Source of the DNA: Vicugna vicugna
Taxonomy: Eukaryota
DNA: 64,000 nt
Reading direction: 5' to 3'
NCBI GenBank assembly: GCA_013265495.1
Contig: MU058059.1
Location: forward strand, 2,953,502 to 3,017,501
Shown: in pieces, positions 1 to 13,644 of the stretch
Position numbering within the stretch: position 1 is the first letter of the stretch
Layout of the letters: each line of letters opens with the position of its first letter
Made by a program: the position numbers and the translations under genes
The notes under the pieces: model-generated
The model's database searches: none
Told to the model about the DNA's origin: nothing
Seen by the model: only the letters and a program-made list of their open reading frames with translations

Positions 1-317
1 GCAGGCGCATGTGTGCCCTCGGCCTTGGGGGACAGAAAGGGCTCTGTGCTGTGGCTCCAGCGTTTCCTAGCCTGCTGGCTGTTTCCCGCTCCCCGGTGCC
101 CTTCTCCAAGGTGGGTTTCATCAAACTCAGTCTGTCCAGGAACGGACTGGTCACCGTCGTCCCCACCTGCACCTGTGTTAATGGTGCCACCGTCCTTCTA
201 GACCCCCAGGCTCAGGCGATGGCAGGGACCCTTGCCGCTCTTGCCCTGCCCCTTAACTGCCTCCTGTCCACCTTCACTGTCTTAGAAATTGTCCTTCTCA
301 CCAGTATGTGCGGCGAC

Positions 318-568
318 ATGGATGAACCTCGAAAATGTACCAAGTGGAAGAAGCCGGGCGTTGTGTGAGTCCATTTATAGGAAATGTTCAGACAGGTCAG
401 TCCATAAACATAGGAAACGGATGAGCGGATTCCAGCGTGGGGAGGGGGGAGACTGCCTGCGGTCCCCTGCTGGGGGACGACGTTTGGAACTCCACGGAGG
501 TGGTGGTTGCGTGACGTGAATGTGCTCAGTGCCGCTGAATCACGCACCTGAAAATGGCTCATTTTAAC
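318..568 (+). mobile_element. Old L1 (L1M-type) 3' fragment
   Basis: atggatgaacctcgaaaat...ccatttataggaaatgttcagacagg...gtgaatgtgctcagtgccgctgaat resembles ancient L1 3' UTRs. Confidence 0.65.
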
Positions 569-1419
569 GTCCAATCACATATTTTACTGTCCTGTCCATC
601 CTTTCACCTGTCTCCTCTCAGATGAGCGTCTGAGGGCTGCTGCCGTCACCGCGTTAGGCGTGCACTGCTTCTAGCCGCTCCCTTTTCTGTTTTAGCTTCC
701 GAAGCTGAGTGTCCCTCTGCTGAAACGAACTGCCTCGCACTGTCGCGTGGCACCGTCCATCCCTGCGTCCCGGCTGGGCGCCCCCCGCCCCCGCGGCAGT
801 AAGCCCTCGGTGGGGTGCCGGGCAGTGGGAGGGATGAGACGAGAGTGTGCCCTCTGGTCCTCTTGGATGAACGGAGGTGTGTCGTGGAAACGTCACCTCC
901 TCCGGCAACAGCTGAGGGTTAGGGAGGGCTGGCAGGCTCCCCCCGGAGCCGTCCCTCCTGGGAGCCAGCTGGCCTGCTCCCGGGGCCTCCTCACGCCGTG
1001 TCTGTGCACCCAGACCCCCATTTAGCCCTTCACCTGGGCAAAGCTTAACATTTCTTTTTGCCCTTTTTTGGGAAGTACATTTCTAGTACTGTCCATGGTA
1101 GAATATCTCAAAAGGCTGGAAATGGTTAACTTGAGTTCAATTTCACCGTCTTAAAGATTGTCCAAGCGCTTTCCCTCAGGGGTATTTCATTCCACCAGAA
1201 AGTCTGCTCGACACAAAAATAACTAGCCAAGTTTGCTGGCACTCGCAAGGACGGACATGTCCTAGATCCCTCCGGGGAACCAGGGTGGGTGCACGGAGTC
1301 ACAGGGGGCCAGCTGGCTGTCAGCTGGCCCTCGTGGGACACCTTCCAGCACCATTCAGGATGCAATGCTGATTCTCTGGGTTTGGTTCTGACTTCTTTTG
1401 GGCCGAGCAAAGGGTCAGG

Positions 1420-2050
1420 TTTTGTAAATATTTCTTGAGTGCTTGAGAGGAATATACATGCTCCAATTTTGGAGTAAAGACTTTATATCCATTAGATTGA
1501 AGACTTTCAAGCTTGAACTATAACCCATAGCAGGAAGTAGGTTATATATCGTCACTCAATATACAAATGTGAAGGTTTCACAAAATAATTTTTATCTTTG
1601 CCATATCAGGAGCATTCTGATGTTTTCAACTCTATTCTGTTCTGGGTGTTTTGATGGTGGTTATAAGTTTGATGAGTGCATTAGTGGATTGCCACAATTT
1701 GGAAAAAAATATATTGGATCATTTGTTCATTGTGGTGTTCAAATTTTCTATATCCTTTATATTTTGCCTGCTAAATGTACCTAGTTAGGGTAAAGATACA
1801 TTAAAATCTCCCCATTATAATTTTGCATTTAAATTTTCTTCTTGTAATCTGTCAAACTTCATAGAGTTTGAATATGACTGCACAAAGATTTAGAACTATT
1901 TTTGTGGTGAATTGTTTCCTTTATCATTTGATAATGACCTCTTTGTCCTAATCTGGCTTTTTTGCTGTAGAGCCTACTTTGTCTGCTTTTATCATCTACA
2001 TCGAATTTCTCTTAGTGTTTACCTGAGACTGTCTTTTTTGTGATTCTGTT
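1420..2050 (-). mobile_element. Degraded ancient L1 fragment
   Basis: T-rich block with L1-like phrases such as ttaaaatctcccattataattttg and cctttatcatttgataatgacctctttgtcc. Confidence 0.5.
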
Positions 2051-3264
2051 TGTTTTTCTACGCAAACCTGCTTTCAACTGCTGGTCCTGATTTGGGGGTT
2101 GGGGGGGTGTTTAGCTGGAGAACAGGAAGGGGAGAGATCCGATGTCCTGCATGACAGCCCAGTGAGGGGCCCGCTGACTTAATAATGAGGTGGCAGGATG
2201 GGACGAGGGAGCAGGACGAATCGGGGGTGTCTGCTTAAGTCATTTTCCCAAATGCTGCAACACGAGAAGAGTCCAGGGTGGGGGTGTGTGTGCACGTGTG
2301 TGCATGTGGTGTCTGCACGGAGATTTGAAGGGAAACAGCCTCTGTGTCCTGCCCGCACCCCGAGGGCGGGGATGCGATTGGACTGGAGCCGCGTCAACCA
2401 AGGGGACAAAGACCAGGCCAGGAGATCAGCGTTCAGAGCCCGTGGGGTTGGCGGGGGTGCAGGTCGGGGCAGGGCAGCCACCGCAGGAAGACTTGGCAGG
2501 GTAGTTTGAACGCTTCTGCTCTAAATGGCTCGGTTTTGGTGTCTGGGAAGAAAGGGGGTGTGTGTTCAGTTAAACAACCGTAAGTAGTGCTAATGGTGGA
2601 TTCACTGTTGCTGGAAGGGACGCGTTCACTCTGGTCCCCGGCACCTGCCCCGGAGCCGTTCCTTGTCAAAATCAAGATGGAGTCACAGCAAGGTTTCCAC
2701 GAGGCTAGGAAAGGGGTGGTGGCCCCCCACCACGTGCCTCTGACCCAGCACCCCCCCCCCGTCCTCGGGACCTCAGCCCGAGCCCCGCCTCCTCCTCTGC
2801 TGCGGCCCCGGGAGGAGGCGGCCTCAGGCTGCCGGGTGGCACTGGAGGGGGCTCTGTGCAGACGCCTGTGGGGCCCCACCAGGGAGGACACTGGGAAACG
2901 ATGGGCTCCCCAGGAAGGGCATCTGCATCTTGCTTTGACCCACTGATGCTTCTCTATAAAACTTCTTCTCTTAGAAGCGTTTATTAAGCTGCGTCTTTCA
3001 TCTCTACTGAGAGAATTATAGGAAGGAGGGCAGAACTTCCCTTTGAAGAGGGTGGCCCAGCCCTCCCAGCCTGCCTCACCCTGTTCCCTTAGACGGCACC
3101 AAGATTCCCATCTCTGCCGACCGAGATGCTGCCTGCTTGTTAAGGTGCTCCCAGAAATGCCACCTCCTCCTCGAAGCCTTCCCAGCACCTGTTTCTGAAC
3201 TCTTTCATGGGGCACTGATAGATTCTCATGCAGTTGTGAGAAAGGTCCCGTGTGCCCTTCAGCC

Positions 3265-4600
3265 AGTTTCCCCAAGTTTACAAGGTAACATCGTATAAAA
3301 CCAGTGTGATCTCACAACTAGATCGCGCCGATTCAGCTGAGCTGCAGGTCGGTTTTGTCACGAGGGTCCCCGACGTGGACCTTTAATGGTCACGCCCACT
3401 CCCCCCCCCCGCACCCGCTGCTGTGGCCTCTGTTTCCATCATCTTGTCATTTCAAGAGTCTGACCTAAATGAAGGCACGCGGCGGGTATCAGTGGGGGGC
3501 TGGCTTTTTCCACTCGGCATCATTCCCTGGAGACACAGCCAAGTTGTGGTTTGTATCCACAGCCCGTCCCTTTTTGTTGCGGAGGAGAGGTGCACGGTGA
3601 GTGTGCACCGCGCGGAGCGAAACCAGCCCTGGCTGGAGGACGTCTGGGTCGTGTCCGGTTTGCGGCTACTAGGAATACGGCTGCTATGAACGTGTTCGTG
3701 CAGGCTTTTGTAGGAACGTGCGTCTTCGCTTCCCTAGGATAGATGCTCAGTTTCTGGGTCCTGTGGTAGGTGCATATTTAGTTTCTTAAAGAAAGTGCCA
3801 GACTGCTGTCCAGGCAGGCTCACGCTCACACCAGGCAGTACGGAGGCGCCAGGGCTGTGCGCCCTCATGGGTTTGCTGCTGTCGCAGTCTTTGGTTTTAG
3901 CCGTTCTGTCGGGTGGTGTTTCATTGTGGTTTAATGTGCGTTTCCCTGATGGGTATCTTTCCGTGCGGTGCTTGCCATCTGAGTGTCCTCTTTGGTCTCT
4001 TCGTGTCTTTTGCCCATTTCCTAATTAGGTTGCTTGCTTATGTTACTCGTACGTGTGTGTGTGCATGTGTGTGCGTGTGTGTGTGTGCGTGTGTGTGAGA
4101 GAGACTGTTGAGTTCTGAGAGTTACTTTCTAGACGCCCTTGGTTGGACATACAGTTTGCAAGTATATTCTCCCGTTCTGTAGTTCGTCTTTCATCTTTCA
4201 ACAGGATCTTTCGCTGGGCAAGTGTTTTTAATTTTGATGAAGTTCAATTTATAAATATTTCCTTTTATGGTGTCAGTTCTCAGAGCCCTTTGTGTAGCTC
4301 TAGATTCTGAATAGTTTCTGCTGTGCTTTTGGGGGAAGATTTTGTAGTTTTACATCTGACATCTCCGTCCATGGTGACCCTCGTGGGTTCACTTTTGTGT
4401 AAGGTGTGAGACGCGAGTCAGGGTTCACTTTCTTTGCCAGTGGATGCACCGTTGTTCCAGCGCCATCTCTTAAAAAGGCTGTTTTCCTCCGTTGAATTAC
4501 TTTTGTACCTTGGTCAGAAATCCGGTGGACACGTGTATGCAGGTCTGTGTGTGGGCTCTGTTCTAGTCCCTGAACACCTGCCCGCCCAGCATTGATCACT
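3265..4600 (-). mobile_element. Old L1 (L1MC/MD-like) 3' UTR plus ORF2 end, antisense to the gene
   Basis: ctgctatgaacgtgttcgtgcaggcttttgt, gtttcattgtggtttaatgtgcgtttccctgatg, ttttaattttgatgaagttcaattt; minus ORF 4300..4599 resembles decayed ORF2 (LTPYTKVN). Confidence 0.8.
4053..4104. repeat. Imperfect (GT)n(GA)n microsatellite
   Basis: gtgtgtgtgtgcatgtgtgtgcgtgtgt...gtgagagaga seen directly. Confidence 0.9.
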
Positions 4601-6369
4601 CAGCTGTGTGAATCTCACAGGTGCTTCCTTGGCGGGTGTCTGCTCCAGCCGTCAGTGTGCGAGTCTTGCCGGACCCCTCAGTGCATCTCAGAGCTCACGT
4701 CTCTGACGTACAGGATTTGTCCATGTATCAGCAGGTCCCAGCCAATGCCAGGCCGTCAGTAGACGTTTGTTGAATTAGTGAAGGTTTCATCATTTTTATT
4801 TTTCATTGACAAAGAGCCGTGGTATTGCCTTCAGGTCTCTTGATGAGGGATTTCTGGTTCTGTAAACGCTGACCTCAGGACAGTTCATGCAGACCATAAT
4901 TCTGCTGGAGGTCAAGTATTCTGACCGTGACCGTGGGCCACCAGACCAACCTGTCTGGTGAGTGATGAGGAGCACTGCTGCTGCTGGTCGCTTCCGGAAC
5001 TTTCACCCAGGCCCGGGGTCCCTTGCTGGGATTGTGCCACGCCTGGCTGTCCCTGTGGGCGGGCGGCCGGCCTCCTCTCTGCCTGTTTCTTACAGCCCTG
5101 TGGGCGCCCAGGTGGCCTTCCAGGCAGAGGGCGGCCCCTTCCGTGGCGCGTTAGAAGCAGCAGTGCTGTGTGAGCCGCCACTGACTTCAGGCCACATCCA
5201 CTCCCCCCAGAGATTTAAGTGCCAGCCCCTCCCCCTCTGCCCTCAGCACAGCCTTTCCCGGCACGTGGGAAACTTCACAAATTGTGCGGAGGGTGGCCCG
5301 TCGGCCTATCATCTGCAGTTTAATCCTTAGTATGGAGTTTGTGAATTTCAGTGAAAGGGTCACCATTCATGCTGCTTTTCTTAAGAAATAATTAAAATGT
5401 AGCCAGAGCGCATATGTCTGGATGGTTTAGACTCCACTAGACAGTTGACTGCATCCGTTTTGTGCTACGGGAACAAATAGCAAATGTTTCTGTTTTCAAA
5501 ATTTGCATTTGATGCCGGAGGGGGGGGGTCTGTCAGAGTCATATGCTGTGTGTGGTGTTACTGGGGTTGTATAGTTTGGGTAACTTTTATCCTCAAATGC
5601 AGAATCAAGAGCCAGAGAATTAGACGTGCCTGGAAGATGCTACCTGATGTTTTCTTGGTGTTTCTCTGACTCAAGTGAAAGGCATCCAACGCTGAGTGGT
5701 GTGATTATGAACTGATACACAGTTCTCATTTTTTCCCTTTAGTCGTCAGAAATTATTCAGCATTGAAAAGACGCCAAGTTATGTCTGTATAGTTCCGCAC
5801 CCGTGCAGATGTCTCACTGTTGAGCAGTTGCTTGCCGGCGTTTGAATTCTTGCTGTAAGGAGGAGGAAACTCAGGGAAAGGACAGGCCGACCTGAGCCTC
5901 CCAGGGCTCGCCCGCGGGTTGGGCAGCTCTGCTGCAGGACGGCTCGTGGGGGAAGCTGGGTTCTCACTTGCCCCCCAGCATCACGGATGCTCCTCTCCGC
6001 GGCCCGCGGCGGTTGGACTGGAGCAAAGGAATGTATGGGATGTGGGAGCGTGCATCGGGTGGTCGGCATTCAAGCGTGGACGCTGTTCGTCTCTGGATGC
6101 TGGTGGGAGCCGGTCACCCGGCCAAGCGGTGCTTGTGATCGAGCACGTGCCTTTGGGTGGCTTTGTCCCGAGTCGCTGGAGTGGCCCCTCATCCGTTGCT
6201 TCTCCTCACACGTGGTGTCTGGCTGGGTCCTGAGCGGGGCTGGGAGCTGGAGAGGGCTGTTTTGGGGGAACGAGTGGTGGGACGCTGGGGTGCCGGGCAC
6301 TCCCCCCCAGAACTGCTGGGCGCGTGGAGTGGGGCTGTGAAGAGGCTGGTGAATGTTTAGTCATCTGTG

Positions 6370-6565
6370 GGTTTTTTTTTGCATTTAAAACCAATTGTAT
6401 AGTTGGTTTACAATGTTGTGTTAGTTTCGAGTGTACAGCAGAGTGGTTTCTGTGTGTGTACATATGCTCTGTTTCAGATTCTCTTCCACTGTAGCTTATT
6501 ACGAGGTTCTGATGTTGTTCCCTGTGCTCTGCAGTGTGAACTTGTTTCATTTATGTATGTATCTT
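6370..6565 (-). mobile_element. L1 extreme 3' end fragment (artiodactyl type)
   Basis: Poly-T followed by tagttggtttacaatgttgtgttagtttcgagtgtacagc...gttccctgtgct; related to the L1 ends at 15368, 17372 and 36370. Confidence 0.75.
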
Positions 6566-6589
6566 TGCCGGGTGTGTCTGCTTGCTGAG

Positions 6590-6705
6590 GAGGGGGCCGT
6601 TAGGTTTCCCCACTGATCCTGGCTGGAGGAGGTGCCAGGGGTTGAACCCGGGACCTCGTGTGTGCTGTCCCTGCGCTCTGCCACCTGACCTATACCCTTC
6701 CCCCA
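6590..6705 (-). mobile_element. tRNA-derived SINE (camelid vic-1-like)
   Basis: ggggttgaacccgggacctcgtg...ctctgccacctgacctataccc is the reverse complement of a tRNA-like A/B-box head. Confidence 0.7.
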
Positions 6706-7039
6706 GCGTGAGCTTATTTTAAAGCACTTTAGTGACGGAGCGCTTTACCTGTTCCAGCTGGAGGGGGTTGTAGGCGCTTGTGGGGGGCCCGAGACGCTTT
6801 CCCTCCGGCCAGCTGTGTCCACGCGGGCTTGGCCGGGCTGCTCTCTTCCTCTTCAGCTTCGGGAGTTTCTTGTTTCCAGGGGTCCTCTCGTGGAGAGTTT
6901 TTGGTGTGGGTTTGGATTTACTGTTTAACAGGCTTGCTCACGGGGTTTCTAAGCGAGGAGCCCAGCTGCCGGATAAACCCTCTCGGAAACGGCCTGCGTT
7001 GGGGTTGCCTGAAGACTCCCTTTTGAACAGTCTGCTCAG

Positions 7040-7241
7040 AGCGGGTTTCTCAGCCCGGGCTCCATGGATGTTTGGGGCTGGACGGCTCTGCCATGGGGGT
7101 GTCCTGTGCACCTCGGGATGTGTGAGCATCTCTGGCTTCCCCCCACTGGATGCAAGTGACAACTCCCAATTTGTGACAGTGTCTCTAGGCAAAGCCAGGT
7201 GCCCTGGGCGGGGCAGGTTGCCCCCAGTGCAGCACCACTGG
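7040..7241. mobile_element. MER20-like hAT-Charlie DNA transposon relic
   Basis: gtttctcagcc...ggggtgtcctgtgcac...agcatctctggc...ccactggatgcaagtgac...ttgtgaca...gttgcccccagt...accactg follows MER20 order over ~200 bp. Confidence 0.75.
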
Positions 7242-7804
7242 CTTAGGGAGACAGCAGGTGCACAGCTGGCCAGGCGTGTCTGCCTCCCGTCCCCCAGGAG
7301 CCGCAGAGGAAGGGACGCTCCCTGGCTGACCCCGCGGGGAATGTGGTCCTGAGCGCGTGCACCTGGCCTTGACGGCGGAGTCACGTCTTTCCTGTTGAGG
7401 CAGGGTTTGTCGGGCACGATTGTGAGGGCACCTTCCGGGAGCTTCTCACCCCGTCTCACTCTGTCCAGGCTCACGTCCGACTCCTGTGCCACCCTAGCGA
7501 CATCTGGAGGTTGGCTAATTATTTGGTTTTCTCCAGGGCGGGCTGGCGACCGCGTGGCTAGAAGGCAGACACAGCATTTTGAGCACTGCTTTCAACCTCT
7601 TGCAAAATATCTTCAGAGACGTCCTTGGAAATGCCGGTGTAGACGTTTGGGTCTTTCTCTGCAGGAGGACTAGAGACCAGCAGCGCTCAGGGCAGGTGAT
7701 GACAAGGTGCGTCCTGTTTCCAGGCTTTCATTGGGAGGTGAAAGGGGTTGTATGAAAGTGTGCCAAGGACCCAGCCCTTGAGCCCCGAGACGCCCCCTCC
7801 TGGC

Positions 7805-7990
7805 TTTGCGTTAGAATCCCTGGAAAGGTTTTGGGACTCCTGGCGCCCAGGCCACACCCTGGCATCAGAGCCTTGTGGGGCGGGATCCAGGCATGGAGTT
7901 TTTTGCATTGTTTTGTTTCTCAGGCCTCTGTGTTTTGTAAAACTTCCCAGTGCTTTTAGATAAGGCGTGGTCAGGGCTGGGAGGTGACCA
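7805..7990. mobile_element. MER5A-like DNA transposon relic
   Basis: ttagaatccctggaaagg...ccaggccacaccc...atcagagcc...ggatccaggcat...cttcccagtgcttt. Confidence 0.5.
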
Positions 7991-8874
7991 GTGCATCTGG
8001 ACCACCTCCGTCATCGTGGCTAACGAGTTCCCGCCCAGGAGTGGGGCTGTGTTGGTTCGATTAATGAAGGGTAAGCTGGGCGTTTGCAGGACAGGTGTTC
8101 GGGGAAGATAAGGCCTTGGAGTGACCTCTTTCCATCAAAGCAGAGGCCCTGATGACTGAGCAGCAGTGTGTAATTGCCCCGGGGGGTGGTCAGCCCGTCT
8201 CGACCTGTGTATTTATGACCACAGCAGTCAGAGAGGGCGGTGACTCTGGCTTCCTGTCCATTAATTATAGTTTTCCTAAAACACATCAGAGGCCGGAGTC
8301 TAGCGTGCCCAGGACAGTGGCCTTCATGTGTCTCAGGTTCGTTGGAACCTGCCCCTTGTCAGATCCACCCACCCACCGCGCCCTGCCCCTTTAGTTTTCT
8401 TTCTTCTCTCTATCCTTTCCCTGTTTCGCACACCTATGTACACAGTGCACGCCTCCTGCTCTCACGGATGTGCTGTTTGTGTGTGGCTCTGGTACTCCAG
8501 GTGGCAGTGGGCAGGAACTCCCGTTAGAGGGCAGGGCGGCCTTGTGGTCACTCTCCAGGCCTCCTGCTGGCCTCCGGGCCTCTCATGGAGCCTCTGAAAG
8601 CATCCACTCCAGCAGCTGAGCGTGCTGTTGGTGAAAGGACGGAAGGGCGAAGGGTGGTTTGCTGGCCCAAGCGTCTTACTCTGGGGAATGGGCTTGGGGC
8701 AGTGGTGGGTGCCCGGCAGAGGTGGGAGGTAGAGCCCCCGAAACGGAGGAAGTGGGGGGCCCTCTCCCAGCCACGACTGAAGGCGTCCTGAGGACCAGGG
8801 ACGGTCCATCAGTGCTCTAGGAACCTCACCTTGTTTTCTCGTAAAAGCATCCCAGGGAGCCGGGCAGAGCAGCC

Positions 8875-8990
8875 CATGTATAGGGGAGGAAATCAAGTGC
8901 AGTGACGGCAGGTGACTTGCCCCAGGTCACACAGCTTGCACGCGGCAGACAGGACCGCACACCAGCGGGAAGCAGTGACTCTGAGGGACC
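8875..8990 (-). mobile_element. MIR SINE fragment
   Basis: gaggaaatcaag...ggtgacttgccccaggtcacacagct is the MIR core. Confidence 0.65.
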
Positions 8991-9373
8991 GAGCAAATAC
9001 TGACTTCTTCTAAAATCGAAATGCCTTTCCCTTAGAGAAGTGGGAGAAGTTTGGGGGTGTATGTGAAATGTAGACATGTGCCTCCTATATTACACGTGGA
9101 GGCTGTGCACCTGCAAAACGAAGAAACAAGGAGACAGCCTTGAGTCCTCGTCCTCCTCTTTAAATCCCACGTCCCGTAATCAGACTGGGTATGGCTGTTT
9201 CCACCGACAAACTTAACTTCCACTCACTGACCATCACAGATGAAGAGGTGCAACATTAAGAGAAAAAAAAATACAGGCTGCCCACGAAGGGATGGCATGC
9301 CCGCGCAGGGCGCGCTGCCGGGACTCCGAGGTGTTTAGATGGGAAAACGTGTGTTTGAAAATCAGTGAGATAA

Positions 9374-9520
9374 GCAGGAGGAGGGTGCAGCTCAGGGGCA
9401 GAGCGTGTGCTTAGCATGAGCGAGGTCCTAGGTTCCATCCCCAGTGCCTCCATTACAAACAATTAAACAAATAAACCTAATTACCACCCCCAAAAAGAAA
9501 CAAATTAAAAAATGAAATAA
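9374..9520 (+). mobile_element. tRNA-derived SINE (camelid vic-1-like), full length with A-rich tail
   Basis: gggtgcagctcaggggcagagcgtgtgcttagcatgagcgaggtcctaggttccatccccagtgcctcca, then aaataaacctaattacc and an A-rich tail; degenerate flanking repeats aaaatcagtgagata / aaaatcgatgaaaca. Confidence 0.85.
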
Positions 9521-11507
9521 AATCGATGAAACATGGCGTGTGCATATTTACAAGTTCCCTCGGACAAGGCCTGCTTAGTCCCCTGCGCAGGGGACTTCCC
9601 ACCTGAGTTAGGCACCCACGACGTGTGGCAGGACTTTAAAACCTTCCTAAGCCAGCGACGCCGCGTGAGGCCGAGGGAGGCTTTCTGGAGCCCCTTCTGG
9701 GGGTCCTCCTGTCACGCGTCCCTAGGGCACCGTGTGCAAGGGTAGTGAGTGTCTCTTCTCCGGGCTCGTCAAGTCCTGGGAAGCAGGACATTCACATACA
9801 GCTTCTTGGGCTGTTCTTTACTTTCATCTTAAAAATGCCAAACAAGTGAAAGGAAACTTCACTGAGTGGCCGACTTTCATTATACAGAGACTGGCTTATT
9901 CCTTTACTGGGCTCCACTTTGACGTTTAAGGAGAGCATTCAGACAGTGGGGGAGTTTGAAGCTGAGAGGGTCTTCAGGGTGAGTCTGGAGGAAGCAGCAG
10001 ACTTGCCCCTGGGGGAGCCGGCTTCTGGAGTGGACGCCGGCTGGTGCCCGGTGGTGCGAGGTGGACGTCCTGGCCGTGGTGGCCTCTGGGTGGGTGCTCT
10101 TGGGAGTCTCCCTAGAGGCCAGCTGACAGCAGGGGAAGGGAGCAGAAACCATTAGGTGTCAGGCAGGTGACTCCGTGAGGGCGGGCTCCTGGGGTATCTC
10201 CCTCAGTGCCTTCAGAGCTGAGAGGACCAGGGAGGGGGCTCAGACCTCGGTGATGCAGGCCCAGCACCGAGTACTGGAGTCAGCTCCACGGTGCCCGTAG
10301 GAGTGGAAGGTGGCCCTTGGCCACGTGCAGCCTGGGAACAGGGACCAGGCAGGGCTTCCTCACCACCTGCAGGACAGAAGCTGCCACTCAGGGCCACGGT
10401 GCATCCCACCCACAGGCCCATCCAACCAGTGGGCTGGCTTTCTTATAAGCTGCTTTGGGGGGTCATTTTGGCAAAATGAAGTGAATTTGGTTTCAGAAAA
10501 GTGTTTGCTGCTTTATTATTAGGTGCATAAAAATGCATGGCTGTCATAACTCGGTGGCTTCCTGCCATGTTAAGTGCATCCTTCGTCCCTGTTAATGCCT
10601 GTGCCTTCGTCCCGCCGTGTCTGGTGCTGCTCTCGGCATCACGTTGTACTCATGTTGCTCTGTTAGCTTTCTTTGAGGTATTTTTTGCTGGTGCAATTTT
10701 TCTTCGTTTTTGTTTTCAATGTTTCTGTGTCATGTTTTAAGGCTGAGTGTGAGAGAGAGAGTCCACATCTACCTTGATAAGTGAGTTTGTTCCGTCTAGA
10801 GTCACTGTGATTGCTCTCAGACTTGGATTTACTCTCCTGCCTGGTTTTACTTTCCCTGCTACCATGCTTTTTTCTCTTTCTTTTGTTTTAACCTTCCTGC
10901 CTTCCATCAAAAACACTGGGCTCATTTTTAATCTCTTCTGTGGGTTTGGTATTTATCTCTTTTCTTTCACGGATTGCCCGTGCAGGTTTTACCAGACCTA
11001 CTGAGAAGTGCACTTACCGTTCTCCTAGAGGAGACAGGCTCCTTCTGACGCCGCGACTTGCTGACAGTCCTGTGGTGTTGGAGCCCCACCCCCACCCCAC
11101 TGTAAGCTTCCATTTCATTTTCTTTTAATTGTAAGTACTTGCCCTGATTCTCCATTTAGGGCTACATTTACCCCTTACCTTTCCAGGTTCTGTTTTTCCT
11201 TCCTTGGGTGCGTTTCTGTTATTTCGGTAAGCCTAGGTAGGCGATAACCTCTACGCAGAGGCTTTCAGATAACTAAAAACTAACTTGCTCCCAAATGGGA
11301 AATTAATAGGGTAGAGAACTTTAGACCAGCAGATTTTTTCCTTAGCGCTTCTAAAGATTCAGTTCCGTTATTTTTCCCTGCCTGTCGGTCTTGTAGCAGC
11401 CGTCAGCCTAGTTGTCAGTTTTGGCTGGTCACCTGACCTTCCCTCTGGTTACTTTTAGGATTTTCTTGTTACCACTGCAGTTTCACTCTGATGTGTTTCA
11501 ATGTGTG

Positions 11508-11735
11508 CTTTTTTTTTTTTGTAACGTTTATTTCCGTTTTATTGAGATACAGGCGACACACAGCACTGTGTCGGCTGAAGGCGTGACATAATCAGTGAAT
11601 GATGTACGTACGTCAGATCATGATCACACGAAGGCTGGTAAACGTCCATCACCTCACACAGATACAAAGTTAAAGACATAGAAAAAAATGTTTTCCTTGT
11701 GATGAGAACTCAGGATTTACTGTCTTAACGAATTT
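11508..11735 (-). mobile_element. L1 3' end fragment
   Basis: Poly-T then ttttattgagata...aacgtccatcacctcaca...ttttccttgtgatgagaactc. Confidence 0.7.
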
Positions 11736-13184
11736 CATAGATAAGATTTTATTGATCTCCCTTGGGACTCGCAGCGCATTTCCTTCATTATGTTTCGGGT
11801 TACTTTGAACGCAGTGGCCTGGACCGTCGAGCTCGGGGATGTGTCCAGGTGTCTGGCAGGCGTCGCTGATGACGCAGAGACTGTTGGCGAAAGATCTGTC
11901 GGAGCCTCTAGAAGTTATGATCAGTGTCCATGAAATACAGGACCTCTGAGGCGGCCACCTCGTAAATCTTCCTGGAGGGTAATGGTCTGAAAGAATGAAC
12001 ATTTTCACTTACTCCGCCTTCAGCATTCTTAGAGAAACAGCGGTTTAGTCAGTCACTTCCTGGTGAACAGCATTTCCCTTCAAAAACAGTTTGCCTGGTC
12101 TCATTCCCACACGGGAGGACTTCCCTCTCTCGGTGGAGCCAGCAGGCACTGGCCGAAGGGCTTGGGGACCCACTTCCCGCGGCGCCCTGGGCCCTGCTGA
12201 GAGATGCTGTTGGCGTTAGCTGTCCGCTGCAGGGCAGTGTGGCCACGCTAGCTCAGTTCCATTCTAGACGAATGATGTCTTTGCAGTTAAGGGTGTTATA
12301 GGTGATTCTTGTCCCCACTTCACACAAAGTAGGAAATTCAAAGAAGGAGTGAGGAGGCGATTTGGGTCACATTATTCTTCATAAATGCTTAACCTGAGGC
12401 CTGTGGGTTCCCAGTGTGGTCTTTGTAGGGATGGCCTTTAACATTTTGTGACTGTTGGCCAAGAAATACACACAATTAGAAACTGCCTGGGGGAGACTGT
12501 GGGAGCCTGGCTGACCTCGCGTGATGGGCAGAGAATCCGAGAGCGAGGGGCTGGTGCCGCCTGCTTTCAGAGTGGGAGGCCGCGCCCTGCCCGCCGTCGG
12601 CACAGTCCCGCACACTGCTTTGAGGGTCGGGAGCAAGGGGTCCTCCTTGACCACCTCCCACCTCAGACGCTTCTGTAGTGGCCGCAGCCCGTCCGCGCCC
12701 CGGGCTCCGCAGAGCAAGAAGCCACAAAGGAAAACCTCAGCGCAGAGCCGCTGTTGGAGTTAGGGTCCGCGTAACCCCCGGGAGACGTGGCCCGAGCCCG
12801 GACCTGTTGTCTGGTGCTTGTCACACGCATCCCAAAAAGCATCCCCGAAAGGCGGGGGCTGAGGGGTGGGCAGGGGCTGCTCCCCCAGGAAGCAGGTCCT
12901 CTGGCAGGTTTGGGGCTGTGCCCAGACGGGGAGCAGCATTAACGCGGAGGTGCTGCTGGAAGCAGGAATATGCCTTCCCTTAGAAATCCATCTGCGCGTC
13001 TGCGTCATCTGTAAGAGATCCTGCACTCCCAGGATGTTTCCCCCTTGTTACTAAGGAGACGCTTTCCAGAGCCAACGCCAGCATCCGTCAGAGAGGTCGG
13101 AGTAACCCAAGACCGGCCAAGTTCGGGGCAACGTCAGCTTGGTGGAGCAGCAGCACCTGACGGCAGGCCTCTGGTCAGGGAGGT

Positions 13185-13430
13185 CAGCGTGCTGCAGGGG
13201 AACGTGGGGCGTGAGGAGGGCCGGGTCCCAGGGCTCGGCTGGGCCCTGGGACGTGCCCGCCAAGTGTGGGTCCTTGGCTTCGTGCAGGAAAGAATTCAGG
13301 AGTGAGCCACAGTCGAGTAAAGGTGGATTTATTCAGAGAGATGTGCACTCCAGAGGGCAGGCCGTCCCAGAAGGTCAGAGAAAGGCCACAAGGTGCGGGG
13401 TTGGGTGTTTAAAGTAAAAGCAGTTACACT
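13185..13430 (-). mobile_element. ERV1-type LTR fragment (MER41-like)
   Basis: gggtccttggcttcgtgcaggaaagaattcaggagtgagccacagtcgagtaaaggtggatttatt resembles an antisense ERV1 LTR R/U5 region, including the reverse-strand AATAAA. Confidence 0.5.
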
Positions 13431-13644
13431 CTCCACTGACAGAGACCCAGAGTCTGTGCCTTTGCGCCTGGTGATGCCAGCTGTTAGTGACATTTTTCTG
13501 TTTATCACAATTGAAACTACATTGCCTCCATAACTGAACACCAGTGGGGACTTTTGCATGAGTTGCTTTAACCCTTTGGGAAAGACTACTTCCGGGGGAG
13601 CCAGAGGAGGTGTGCTGGGCTAGCAGGTGTGCCCCTGTTCAGTT

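Noticed and set aside
9374..9455. tRNA gene
   Set aside because: The tRNA-like head is followed by a SINE body and A-rich tail, is degenerate, and recurs at ~6650, ~52500 and ~52680.
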